This document shows positions 11,640 to 20,599 of a stretch of 64,000 nt of DNA, one piece after another. Below the pieces are notes generated by a model. It did no database searches and was not told the DNA's origin. It worked only from the letters and a program-made list of their open reading frames with translations. Every line of letters starts with the position of its first letter. Positions within the stretch are counted from its first letter, which is position 1. Position numbers and translations under genes: made by a program. The stretch comes from Cognatiyoonia sp. (GTDB lineage: Bacteria > Pseudomonadota > Alphaproteobacteria > Rhodobacterales > Rhodobacteraceae): the NCBI GenBank assembly GCA_042093895.1, contig JBELEI010000002.1, forward strand, positions 321,022-385,021, given 5' to 3'.

Positions 11640-12890
11640 TTATCCAAGTTGTACCAAAGCATGACGTTTTTTACCTGCACTTAGCTTAATTGGCATGGTA
11701 AGCATTGCCGCATCCACCATTAATCCGGCGTTGCTTAACGGCTCATCGTTCAGCTTTGCGCCATTCTCCGCGATAAGGCGCTTGGCTTCTTTGCCGCTGC
11801 CAGCAAGGCCAGATTTGACGATCAACTGCACGATTGACATGCCATCCCCGAGGTCATCCGCACTGAGCGTCAAAGTCGGTAGATCGTCCCCGACGCCACC
11901 CTTTTCAAAAACCTCGCGCGCTGTGGCTTCGGCTGCCGCCGCGGCCTCTGCTCCGTGAAGCAAGGTCGTAACTTCGTTCGCAAGGATGATCTTGGCTGCG
12001 TTGATCTCAGATCCTTCAAGCGCGCCTAAACGGTCGCATTCTTCGACCGGTAATTCGGTAAAGATTTTTAGAAACTTTCCGGTGTCATCGTCGGTTGTGT
12101 TGCGCCAGAATTGCCAAAATTCATAGGGTGACAGCATTTCATCGTTTAACCACACGGCGCCGCCTTCAGACTTGCCCATTTTTCGACCGTCTGACGTTGT
12201 CAAAAGCGGTGTTGTCATGCCGTAAATCTCTTGATCCAAAACACGGCGCGTTAGGTCAATACCGTTGACAATATTGCCCCATTGATCCGATCCGCCCATT
12301 TGCAACAAGCAGCCATAGCGGCGGTTGAGCTCAAGGAAGTCATAGGCCTGCAAAATCATGTAGTTGAATTCGAGGAACGACAGGGATTGCTCGCGATCCA
12401 ATCGGGATTTCACACTTTCAAATGACAACATGCGGTTAACCGAAAAATGTCGGCCAATATCACGCAAGAATGAAAGATAGTTCAGCCCATCCAGCCACTC
12501 TGCGTTGTTGAGCATGATCGCATCGGTTGGACCTTCACCATAGGCCAAGTATTTTGCGAAAACGCGGTTCATGCCGTCGATGTTTGCATCAATCGCGGCT
12601 TCGTCAAGCAACGGGCGTTCGTCCGCTTTGAAGGACGGGTCACCCACTTTTGTGGTGCCGCCGCCCATCAATGTAATCGGCTTGCCGCCGCATTTCTGGT
12701 ACCAGCGCAGAACCATAATGTTCATCAAATGACCAACATGGAGCGACTTTGCCGTCGCATCATAGCCAATATATGCTGGGACCACGCCTTTGCTAAGTGC
12801 ATCATCCAAGCCTTGATAGTCCGTGCAATCGGCTAGAAAGCCGCGCTCGATCATCACTTTGATAAAATCTGACTTTGGATGGTAGGTCAT
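11640..12890 (-). CDS. tyrS: tyrosine--tRNA ligase
   Basis: 416 aa with class I motifs HVGHL and KMGKS and a C-terminal S4-like domain. Confidence 0.95.
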   Translation of the reverse strand: MTYHPKSDFIKVMIERGFLADCTDYQGLDDALSKGVVPAYIGYDATAKSLHVGHLMNIMVLRWYQKCGGKPITLMGGGTTKVGDPSFKADERPLLDEAAIDANIDGMNRVFAKYLAYGEGPTDAIMLNNAEWLDGLNYLSFLRDIGRHFSVNRMLSFESVKSRLDREQSLSFLEFNYMILQAYDFLELNRRYGCLLQMGGSDQWGNIVNGIDLTRRVLDQEIYGMTTPLLTTSDGRKMGKSEGGAVWLNDEMLSPYEFWQFWRNTTDDDTGKFLKIFTELPVEECDRLGALEGSEINAAKIILANEVTTLLHGAEAAAAAEATAREVFEKGGVGDDLPTLTLSADDLGDGMSIVQLIVKSGLAGSGKEAKRLIAENGAKLNDEPLSNAGLMVDAAMLTMPIKLSAGKKRHALVQLG

Positions 12891-12953
12891 GGTCTTGTTC
12901 CTAAAGGCGTTTCACGTCACTCTATAGGCCGCGTCTGCGGGCAGGGGAAGTCA

Positions 12954-14060
12954 ATGTTGAAAAATCAGGTTGTACGGGCGCTTGGTGCAATGTCGGGCAC
13001 GTCGCTTGATGGTGTCGATGCAGCCGAGGTGTTGACAGATGGCCATACGATCCACGGTTTTGGGGATGTTGCCTATCGCGCATACTTGGACGCGGATCGA
13101 GGTATATTGCGCGATGCCCTAGGGAAATGGCCGGATGAGGATGTTCGCGATGCTGCCGAAGTGGTCGAGACCGCCCATGCTCAAGTGCTTTCGAATTTCG
13201 TCGAGGCGCAGATCATCGGGTTTCACGGTCAGACCTTGGCCCACGATCCACACAATCGGGGCACGTTCCAGATTGGTGACGGGCAAATCCTTGCGGAAAT
13301 TCTTCAGAAACCCGTGGTCAGCGATTTTCGTAGCGCCGATGTGGAACTTGGCGGGCAGGGCGCGCCACTTTCGCCGTTCTATCACTTTGCTTTGGCCAAA
13401 TGGATTGGGGCTGTTGAGCCGATCGTTTTTTTGAATCTTGGTGGCGTCGGCAATATCACTTGGGTTGACCCCAATGCCGATCACGCAACGGACGTTGGCG
13501 CGATCCTTGCCTTTGATACCGGACCTGCGAACGCGCCACTTGATGATCTCATGAACGCGCGAATGGGGCAGAGCCTTGATGTGGACGGCACGTTGGCCCA
13601 GTCTGGTCAGGTCGATGAAGAAATTGTTGCCGCGTTTCTGCAAGATCCGTATTTCTATCGGATGCCGCCAAAGTCGTTGGATCGCGATGCCTTTAAAGGT
13701 CTAAGCGCTGCTGTCGACGCCCTATCTGATGCCAATGCGGCGGCAACGTTAACGGCTGCCTGCGCGATGAGTGTTTCAGCGGCGCTTGAACTTTGCCCAA
13801 CGCAACCCAACCGCGTCTTAGTGTGCGGGGGTGGGCGTCACAATGCGACATTGATGGCCATGCTTGATGCCAGCATGAACTGCACTGTTTCGCCTGTCGA
13901 GGATGTGGGTTTAAACGGTGACATGCTTGAGGCGCAGGCGTTCGCCTTCCTCGCGGTTCGGGTTCTTAACGGCCTTCCGACCAGCTGCCCCGCAACGACG
14001 GGCGTACGTGCCGCCGTCAGTGGCGGCACGCTAAGCGTCCCCAATGGACAGGTCGTCTAA
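12954..14060 (+). CDS. anmK: anhydro-N-acetylmuramic acid kinase
   Basis: AnmK N-terminus ([16 protein letters not shown]). The ATG at 12954 is preferred over the upstream alternative start at 12879. Confidence 0.88.
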   Translation: MLKNQVVRALGAMSGTSLDGVDAAEVLTDGHTIHGFGDVAYRAYLDADRGILRDALGKWPDEDVRDAAEVVETAHAQVLSNFVEAQIIGFHGQTLAHDPHNRGTFQIGDGQILAEILQKPVVSDFRSADVELGGQGAPLSPFYHFALAKWIGAVEPIVFLNLGGVGNITWVDPNADHATDVGAILAFDTGPANAPLDDLMNARMGQSLDVDGTLAQSGQVDEEIVAAFLQDPYFYRMPPKSLDRDAFKGLSAAVDALSDANAAATLTAACAMSVSAALELCPTQPNRVLVCGGGRHNATLMAMLDASMNCTVSPVEDVGLNGDMLEAQAFAFLAVRVLNGLPTSCPATTGVRAAVSGGTLSVPNGQVV

Positions 14061-14061
14061 T

Positions 14062-15621
14062 CTATTGTGATGGTAGGTGGATGTTGAACCGATCACGGAT
14101 TGCAGCATCGACTGCAGGATCAAGCGCCGCCAAGGAGCGTGACGCCAAGATTTTTTCCTTTGCAGCAATCGCCGTTTCAAGGAGGTCAGGTTTGTCCTTT
14201 TCCTGCCATTCCTTAGGCGATGTCCGATCAGCGACTTCTGGATAGATGTATTCGGTTTGCATTAACGATAGCGTCTGATCCGATCCCAAATAGTGACCCG
14301 GGCCTTCGAGGCAGACAGTGCGCATGGTGTCCAAACCGATTGTCGCGTCATTCACTTCGATCCCGCGGACACAACGCAATGCCTGTCCCAAAAGGTCATT
14401 CCCTAAGATCAAAGACTCGTGGCAAAAACCTAGCAAAGATGCGTGCATCCCTGCCGCTTCATAAACCATGTTCAGGCCAGACAATCCTGCCATGACATTC
14501 GAACACATCTGTTCCCAACCAGCCTGCATATCCGGCAGTTTCGCATCTGCGATTCCCGCAGCTGCGCCGCCCGGAAGGCCAAGGAATTCATGCATTTGCG
14601 AACAACCTGCGGTCAGCAGTGCTTGTTCCCCGGATCCGCCAGACATAGCGCCCGTACGCAAATCGCTTACAAACGGCCACGTCCCAAAGATGGCGGGGTG
14701 CCCGGGTTTGATGGCATTCACATAGACAACACCCGCCAAACATTCGGCGACCGCTTGAACGATTGCACCTGCGATTGGCGCGGGCGCGGTTGCTCCGGCT
14801 TGCCCAGCTGATAGCAAGAGAACAGGCATGCCGCCCTCGATGCATAGCTCCATCACCTGACAGCTCTCGGTTGCGAATTTCATCGGCGGGACAACAAAAC
14901 AGTTGGAATTCGACATGAACGGGCGCGCGCGCCATTCATCTTCGCCACCGGCCATCACGTGCAACATTTCAAGACAATCAGGCACAAAATCAGGTTCGGT
15001 AAAGGATGTCCCGATGTGCTTTGTCGTGCCAGAAACAGCGGCATAAATTGTGTTGTAATCCATTTCCCGGTTGTCCGGGATATCCCGGCACACCATCGGG
15101 CGCTGTAGAAAATGGATGTTATCCATCTGATCAACAATGCGCGCGGCATCGAACAAGTCCTGCACCGTACTTTCGCGATAATTGCGGCCGTGGACGTCTA
15201 CCATATGAACGGCTGCACCGGCCGTTCCGTAATGCACTTTGGTTCCAGTGAGATCCAAATTGTGTTTCGAGTCGCGCCCTTGCAAGGTGACGGCCTTCTG
15301 GGCTTTGCCCATCATTTCTTTGACGACTGCACGTGGGAACCGCAGTCGATTGTCATCGCCCAATTGAGCTCCAACGCGGACCATTGCATCAACGCCGGAT
15401 TGTGGCGCGTCGATCAAACCGATTTCTTCCAGCGCAACCAAAGCGGCTTCATAGATCGCTTCGATTTCGGGCTGGCTCAGCGGTTTATAGGTGCCGCCGG
15501 ACATGCCTGCGCGGACTGGACGGATGTCATCTGCTAATTTTGCAGCGCGCAAGGCGGTGCGTGCGGCACGTCCGCCAGAGCGTTTGGGTCTTCCTGCGGG
15601 TGGGGGTGATTGGTCGTTCAT
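14062..15621 (-). CDS. trimethylamine methyltransferase (MttB) family protein, non-pyrrolysine type
   Basis: 519 aa with a Gly/Arg-rich N-terminus and an MttB-superfamily-like body. There is no in-frame TAG. Confidence 0.82.
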   Translation of the reverse strand: MNDQSPPPAGRPKRSGGRAARTALRAAKLADDIRPVRAGMSGGTYKPLSQPEIEAIYEAALVALEEIGLIDAPQSGVDAMVRVGAQLGDDNRLRFPRAVVKEMMGKAQKAVTLQGRDSKHNLDLTGTKVHYGTAGAAVHMVDVHGRNYRESTVQDLFDAARIVDQMDNIHFLQRPMVCRDIPDNREMDYNTIYAAVSGTTKHIGTSFTEPDFVPDCLEMLHVMAGGEDEWRARPFMSNSNCFVVPPMKFATESCQVMELCIEGGMPVLLLSAGQAGATAPAPIAGAIVQAVAECLAGVVYVNAIKPGHPAIFGTWPFVSDLRTGAMSGGSGEQALLTAGCSQMHEFLGLPGGAAAGIADAKLPDMQAGWEQMCSNVMAGLSGLNMVYEAAGMHASLLGFCHESLILGNDLLGQALRCVRGIEVNDATIGLDTMRTVCLEGPGHYLGSDQTLSLMQTEYIYPEVADRTSPKEWQEKDKPDLLETAIAAKEKILASRSLAALDPAVDAAIRDRFNIHLPSQ

Positions 15622-15723
15622 AGAGAGTCTCTTTTTGCTTTGTGAAGTTCGTGATTTCGTAACTTACAAAAGCGTCGGACGCCCACGCGCAGCACGACCA
15701 CGGCGTGCGCCGATGGTACGTGA

Positions 15724-15742
15724 TATCAAAGCATATTTGATA
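15724..15742. promoter_or_regulatory. candidate operator palindrome upstream of the MttB-family gene
   Basis: TATCAAA-GCATA-TTTGATA, perfect 7-bp arms, about 100 bp upstream of the start at 15621. Confidence 0.3.
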
Positions 15743-15837
15743 CGACATCGTGCCATGCTGTTCTCCCTTCGGTCAGGATCGCGCGCGATGGTAAGAGTCG
15801 TCTTTCCTATTTCCGACCAAATGTCGTTTTTGGACGT

Positions 15838-16653
15838 TTATGAGCGCGTTAGCATCGCATCGATGATGTCTGAACTGATGCCATCTCCGAGGCCGCTAAA
15901 ATCTCCGTCCGCAACCATTGATTGGCCAAGATCATGGATGACCCGATGTGTCACGCGTGCGAGTGCTGAACCGATAGAAATCCGAGCAACGCCCGCAGCC
16001 CCAAAGTCATCGCGGGTTTTCTGCGCCATTGCACCAACTGCTAATACATTCACTGGTTTTGAAAGGCTGCTTGTAAACGCATTGATGGTAGCAAGGTCTG
16101 GTAACAATGGGGCGTAAAGGCAATCAGCGCCCGCGTTTTGAAACCCGTGCAAACGTCGCAAGGCTTCATCAGTGTTGTACGCTCCAGTCATGACGCCATC
16201 GGCACGTGCTGTTAGGAAAAAGTCACTGGACAGTGCACGTGCTGCAGCGGCAGCGGCCTTGATACGCTCAATGGCATGATCAAAATCATAGGCGTCGTCG
16301 CTTGGCAGCTTAATATCCTCGATACAGATCCCAGCAAGACCAATTTCTGCGGCCAATCGTACCGTTTCGGCGCAGGTCTCGGGATCGTCGCCAAAGCCAT
16401 TTTCAAAATCACCCTGAACGGGCAAATTGGTCGCGACGACAATTTCTTGTGCATGGGCGAGCGCCGCATCGCGCGAAATCCCACCACCATCAGGTTTACC
16501 ATCGACATAGGCATGCGCGGCTGATGATGTCGCCAGTGCTTTTGCCCCCAGCGCTGCCATCACCTTGGCAGAGCCGGCATCCCACACATTGACCATGACC
16601 AATGGATCGCCTGGGGTGTGCAGCGCACGAAACGTTTTTGCGACTGTGGGCAT
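15838..16653 (-). CDS. isocitrate lyase/PEP mutase family protein
   Basis: 271 aa, VMVNVWDAGSA...GICIEDI...LTARAD, typical of the ICL/PEPM superfamily. Confidence 0.8.
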   Translation of the reverse strand: MPTVAKTFRALHTPGDPLVMVNVWDAGSAKVMAALGAKALATSSAAHAYVDGKPDGGGISRDAALAHAQEIVVATNLPVQGDFENGFGDDPETCAETVRLAAEIGLAGICIEDIKLPSDDAYDFDHAIERIKAAAAAARALSSDFFLTARADGVMTGAYNTDEALRRLHGFQNAGADCLYAPLLPDLATINAFTSSLSKPVNVLAVGAMAQKTRDDFGAAGVARISIGSALARVTHRVIHDLGQSMVADGDFSGLGDGISSDIIDAMLTRS

Positions 16654-16713
16654 CGGGTGGCTCCTTTGATCAATTGGATCAAAGCTGCGCCCGTTGGGTC
16701 AAAACTGCAAGTG

Positions 16714-17892
16714 TTATTGAGCGCTGGAACGCGCGTTGGCGAAAGCGATAATGGTCTTGAAGGCCGCCTCATAGGCGTCATCACCAACGGTCATGGCCAC
16801 GCGAATATGACCCGCTGCAGCCTCACCAAAACTTTCGCCAGGCATCACCGCAATCTTTTCAGCATCCAATAAGGCCAACGCAAAATCTTCGCCGCTCATC
16901 CCTGTGCTTCGGATGTCGAGCATGACATACATCGCACCGCTTGAGGGCACCGCTCGCACAGTGTTCTGACCTTCTAGCGCCTTTAGCGATAGGGCGCGCC
17001 TGCGCAAAAATGGCGCGGCGACCTTGTCTTCGTGCGGTTGTCCAAGCCCCAACGCAAATAGTGCAGCATCTTGAATGAAACCGGGCACACCGTAGTTTGT
17101 GTTGGTGGATAGGTTGCACAGTTCTTCAATCGCGGCCTCCGGACCACAAATCCATCCAATTCGACTGCCAGTCATGGCATGGCTCTTGGACATCGAGCCC
17201 ACGACCAGCGTGCGCTCCGCCATACCGGGTAGGGCGCGTGGGCTGATATGATCGCCGTCCCACACTTGGGTGTCGTAAACCTCATCTGAGATTAGCCAAA
17301 GGTCGTTTGCAGAACACACTTCCGCAATCGCGCTAAGGGTCTTTTCGCTATAAACGACGCCTGTTGGATTATTTGGACTGTTTATCAGCAAAGATTTTGC
17401 ACCGGATGCTCTTGCGGCGATGTCGGAAGCCCGTGGTTGGAAATCATCCGCTGCGCGAGCCTTGATCGCTATCGCGCGGGCGCCAACACTGCGGATCGTA
17501 CCGGGATAGGTGGCATAGTAGGGGTCGATATATAGCCCGATGTCGCCTTCGTCACAGGCAGCCATATGCGCGGCGAAAAGGGCGGCCTGACCACCAGCAG
17601 TGATGACAATGTTGTTGCGGGTCGTTGGAACACCTGTGCTTTTTGCGATCCGTTCCGCCACGGCATCACGCAACGCGTCCGTGCCAGGGATCATCGCATA
17701 CCCAGTATGCCCACCAGCCGCCGCGCGGTGCATCGCATCCAAGATGACAGGGTCCGTGCGTACGTCATGTTCCCCGATCGATAGCTCGGTCACCTTGTGC
17801 CCAGCGTCGATCATTTCTCGGGACTTATAAAAGACCCCCCAACCATCAGAGCCTTCACCGATGATTCTGCTTATGCGATTTGATAACTTCAT
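16714..17892 (-). CDS. pyridoxal phosphate-dependent aminotransferase (class I/II)
   Basis: 392 aa with NSPNNPTG and the SMSKSHAMTGSRIGW lysine motif. Confidence 0.85.
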   Translation of the reverse strand: MKLSNRISRIIGEGSDGWGVFYKSREMIDAGHKVTELSIGEHDVRTDPVILDAMHRAAAGGHTGYAMIPGTDALRDAVAERIAKSTGVPTTRNNIVITAGGQAALFAAHMAACDEGDIGLYIDPYYATYPGTIRSVGARAIAIKARAADDFQPRASDIAARASGAKSLLINSPNNPTGVVYSEKTLSAIAEVCSANDLWLISDEVYDTQVWDGDHISPRALPGMAERTLVVGSMSKSHAMTGSRIGWICGPEAAIEELCNLSTNTNYGVPGFIQDAALFALGLGQPHEDKVAAPFLRRRALSLKALEGQNTVRAVPSSGAMYVMLDIRSTGMSGEDFALALLDAEKIAVMPGESFGEAAAGHIRVAMTVGDDAYEAAFKTIIAFANARSSAQ

Positions 17893-17923
17893 GCCCGCAA
17901 TCGGCCTTAGTCACGCGGCAAAG

Positions 17924-18361
17924 TCAAGCAAGGTCGAGCGCGCGTGGCCCGGTCCCGTCTTTCGCTTTGATGTCGTCCGGATTGTAAAGTGCACAGACAT
18001 CCAAAGAGAGGCAGCCACAACCGATACAGCCACCAAGGCGGGCGCGCATTCCTTGCATCTTGGCGATCCGCTCGTCGATCTTGCCCGCGATAATGGTTGA
18101 GATACGTGCCCAGTCCGCTTTGCTGGGCGCTTTGTGTGCAGGAAGGTTGCGCAAGTGAATGGCGATTTCGTCCAATGAAAACCCCAGCGATTGCACCGCC
18201 ATCACAAATGATAGCCGTCGAATATCATGACGCCCATACCGCCTATGACCGCCCGCATTTCGCACTGGCGAGACGATACCGTGTGTTTCGTAAAACCGGA
18301 TTGCGGACACTGCCAAACCGGTTCGTGTGGCCAGATCGCCTATCGTCAAACCCTGTGCCAT
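17924..18361 (-). CDS. soxR: redox-sensitive MerR-family regulator SoxR
   Basis: MerR HTH (LTIGDLATRTGLAVSAIRFYE) plus the SoxR 2Fe-2S motif CIGCGCLSLDVCALYN. The ATG at 18361 is preferred over the start at 18382. Confidence 0.85.
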   Translation of the reverse strand: MAQGLTIGDLATRTGLAVSAIRFYETHGIVSPVRNAGGHRRYGRHDIRRLSFVMAVQSLGFSLDEIAIHLRNLPAHKAPSKADWARISTIIAGKIDERIAKMQGMRARLGGCIGCGCLSLDVCALYNPDDIKAKDGTGPRALDLA

Positions 18362-18372
18362 GAAATTAATCC

Positions 18373-18394
18373 TTGATCTCAAGTTAACTTGAGG
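18373..18394 (+). promoter_or_regulatory. SoxR operator embedded in a + strand promoter
   Basis: TTGATC followed by CTCAAGTTAACTTGAG, a 16-bp perfect palindrome. It matches 17/18 positions of the canonical CCTCAAGTTAACTTGAGG box and lies 12 nt from the soxR start codon. Confidence 0.75.
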
Positions 18395-18436
18395 AATGAA
18401 AAAGGATTCGCAACCAGAAATCTAGAGGAGAGCGCA

Positions 18437-18601
18437 ATGAAACAGCCGCGCACACAAAAATACTGCGCCAAGCCGCACGAGCTTGCAATTTTCCGTCGGG
18501 ATGGGTTTGGTTGGGGACATGATCTGGAATGCGGATCGTTTTATGCACCCCGCGCACCCTTTTCGACAGCATTTCAAATTGGCAAGAGGAAGCTCCAATG
18601 A
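18437..18601 (+). CDS. candidate 54-aa small ORF, first cistron of the SoxR-controlled transcript
   Basis: GAGGAGAG Shine-Dalgarno sequence 4-5 nt before the ATG. The stop overlaps the VOC gene start (ATGA at 18598-18601). No recognisable family. Confidence 0.3.
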   Translation: MKQPRTQKYCAKPHELAIFRRDGFGWGHDLECGSFYAPRAPFSTAFQIGKRKLQ

Positions 18602-18984
18602 CCCGTCTAGAACACGTCAACGTCACGGTCAGCGACTGTCAGGCCACCGCTAAAATGCTCGCCACACTTTTTGGCTGGCGCATCAGGTGGGAAGGGGATT
18701 CCATTTACGATGGCTACTCAATGCATGTCGGCGAAGAAAACAGTTATATCGCGATCTACAGTGGTCCCACCACCCAACAGGTCCTGCCTGAAGGGGCGAC
18801 GTATAACCTTCGCGCTGGCCTAAACCACATAGCGGTGGTCGTGGATGACCTCGATGCGGTTGAAGAAAAAGTCATCGCCTACGGGCTAACACCGCAAAGC
18901 CACGCCAACTATGAACCAGGGCGCCGATTTTACTTTGATGATCCTGATGGGATCGAATTCGAAGTGGTGGAATACGACAGCTAA
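18598..18984 (+). CDS. VOC (glyoxalase/bleomycin resistance/dioxygenase) family protein
   Basis: MTRLEHVNVTVSD...GLNHIAVVVDD...DPDGIEFEVV. AAGAGGAAG RBS upstream of the ATG at 18598. Confidence 0.8.
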   Translation: MTRLEHVNVTVSDCQATAKMLATLFGWRIRWEGDSIYDGYSMHVGEENSYIAIYSGPTTQQVLPEGATYNLRAGLNHIAVVVDDLDAVEEKVIAYGLTPQSHANYEPGRRFYFDDPDGIEFEVVEYDS

Positions 18985-19493
18985 TCGCGCTGCATGAAAA
19001 GGTATCCGCCGGTGTCTTTGAGCGTCGACCACTTGAAACCATCGACCTCAAACACCTGGCGGAACCGCGCCAAATTGGATTTCTCATCCGCAATCAAAAC
19101 CCAGCCGCCATCGGCGACTTTGGGCAATAACCTAGCGAGAACCGTTGATTGATCCGTTGGGGTCAGCATGTGTAGCGTGCGATCGCATAACACGATGTCA
19201 AAAACGCTGTCGGGATGGTAGTCGAGCAAATCTATCGCCTCTGCAGTAATGTCGAAACCCTTTGCTTGGGCGGCGGACAATAGCGATGCCACTCCGTTTT
19301 GCGATAGGTCCACGCCGTGTACCTTGTGCCCTTGCGCAGCGATTAAAAGGGCATCGCGTCCTTGACCGCACCCGATATCCAGCACTCTCGCGCGTGATCG
19401 TGCTAGCCGTTCAAAGAATGTCACAAATTCTTTTGTGGGTGGCCCCAAGGCGTTGGGTGTAGATGCATAGAGTTTGTCATAATCATAAGCCAT
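18981..19493 (-). CDS. class I SAM-dependent methyltransferase
   Basis: 170 aa with SAM motif I (VLDIGCGQGRDAL). Confidence 0.8.
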   Translation of the reverse strand: MAYDYDKLYASTPNALGPPTKEFVTFFERLARSRARVLDIGCGQGRDALLIAAQGHKVHGVDLSQNGVASLLSAAQAKGFDITAEAIDLLDYHPDSVFDIVLCDRTLHMLTPTDQSTVLARLLPKVADGGWVLIADEKSNLARFRQVFEVDGFKWSTLKDTGGYLFMQRD

Positions 19494-19548
19494 GGTTCAT
19501 GCATAAGCGACGGCGATACCGAATGCTAAGTGTAACACTCTTTCATCA

Positions 19549-19878
19549 TCAAAGCGCGTCTCGCACTTTTTTGGGCAGGGCCTTGGCGATGATGTCATAG
19601 GACACGCCCAAGCGATGGCGCATCTCATCCGGATCAACGTCAAAGCTGACAAGAACCCAACTGCGGTGAAAATAGGGGGCTTTGGTTGCCGCGCCTGCAT
19701 CAATCAGCATGGCTGCAGTTTCCACGCTGTCCGTCTTAACACACACGCCATTGATGCGTTCGCCAAAGGTTGCGAACATCTTGCCGCCGACTTTCCAACT
19801 GTCCAATTCAGTTGACGGGTCAGCTGCTACCGCGCCTTTGAATCCTACACAAATCTGATCGATCATATCGCGTGTCAT
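19549..19878 (-). CDS. MmcQ/YjbR family DNA-binding protein
   Basis: 109 aa. The WKVGGKMFATFGE segment is typical of the YjbR-like family. Confidence 0.7.
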   Translation of the reverse strand: MTRDMIDQICVGFKGAVAADPSTELDSWKVGGKMFATFGERINGVCVKTDSVETAAMLIDAGAATKAPYFHRSWVLVSFDVDPDEMRHRLGVSYDIIAKALPKKVRDAL

Positions 19879-19935
19879 GGCATGCTCCTTTTCAACACCT
19901 TAGGAAATTTCAGGAAACTGTGCTATGGTTCGGAT

Positions 19936-20451
19936 ATGCAAACAACTTGGATCGCTCTTTTACGTGGTATCAACGTTGGTGGCTCAAATCGGCTACCGAT
20001 GGCAGATTTGCGAGAGCTCTGTACAGGTTTGGGCTGGCAGAATGTCAAAACTTACATTGCGAGCGGAAATGTTGTCTTTCAGGCAGATGGTGCAGCCGAA
20101 GCGCTAGCCTCCCGTTTGCATCAAAGTCTGCCTTTCGACGTCGCGACACTTGTCCTAGGGGCCGAAGACCTTGCGAACCGAGTGTCACATTGCCCGTTTC
20201 CGCGCACATTAGGAAAACTCGTTCACGGATTCTTTTGCTTGGATGCGCCAGATGTGGATCAAGATGCGCTCGCACATTACACGACAACAGAACAAATTGC
20301 GGTCCACGGCCACACAGTTTGGTTTTATGCACCCGATGGTTTTGGGCGATCAAAGCTGGCAGAGAATTTCCACCGCGTTGTGACTGGAACGACCTATACC
20401 GCGAGGAATCTCAACACGATTCATAAACTCGTGGACATGAGCCGCGATTAA
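19936..20451 (+). CDS. DUF1697 domain-containing protein
   Basis: MQTTWIALLRGINVGGSNRLPMADLR is a typical DUF1697 N-terminus. The ATG at 19936 is preferred. Confidence 0.75.
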   Translation: MQTTWIALLRGINVGGSNRLPMADLRELCTGLGWQNVKTYIASGNVVFQADGAAEALASRLHQSLPFDVATLVLGAEDLANRVSHCPFPRTLGKLVHGFFCLDAPDVDQDALAHYTTTEQIAVHGHTVWFYAPDGFGRSKLAENFHRVVTGTTYTARNLNTIHKLVDMSRD

Positions 20452-20467
20452 GACTACGAAAACGCCT

Positions 20468-20512
20468 ATGAAAAAGATCTGCATCATTTCCTGCTGCATT
20501 ATTACCTGCTGA
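20468..20512 (+). promoter_or_regulatory. candidate Cys-rich leader peptide ORF upstream of cysS
   Basis: ATG AAA AAG ATC TGC ATC ATT TCC TGC TGC ATT ATT ACC TGC TGA encodes MKKICIISCCIITC (4 Cys in 14 codons), 88 nt upstream of the cysS ATG. The SD sequence is weak. Confidence 0.35.
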
Positions 20513-20599
20513 ATATCACGCGGGCCGCTTTTTCACGTTTCACTCAATCGCTGAACTAGGTAGGTCCGCACCGAAACCCTTTCGCGCGTGTGAGACCCA

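Noticed and set aside
19872-20426. 184-codon ORF overlapping the DUF1697 gene in another frame.
   Set aside because: The DUF1697 frame has the recognisable family N-terminus (LLRGINVGG). The alternate frame is Arg/Cys/Ser-rich with no recognisable motifs.
20520-20533. GCGGGCCGCTTTTT as an intrinsic terminator or attenuator right after the Cys-rich ORF.
   Set aside because: The self-complementary part allows only a 3-4 bp stem with a 1-3 nt loop, which is too weak to be a credible terminator. It is mentioned only as part of possible alternative pairings.
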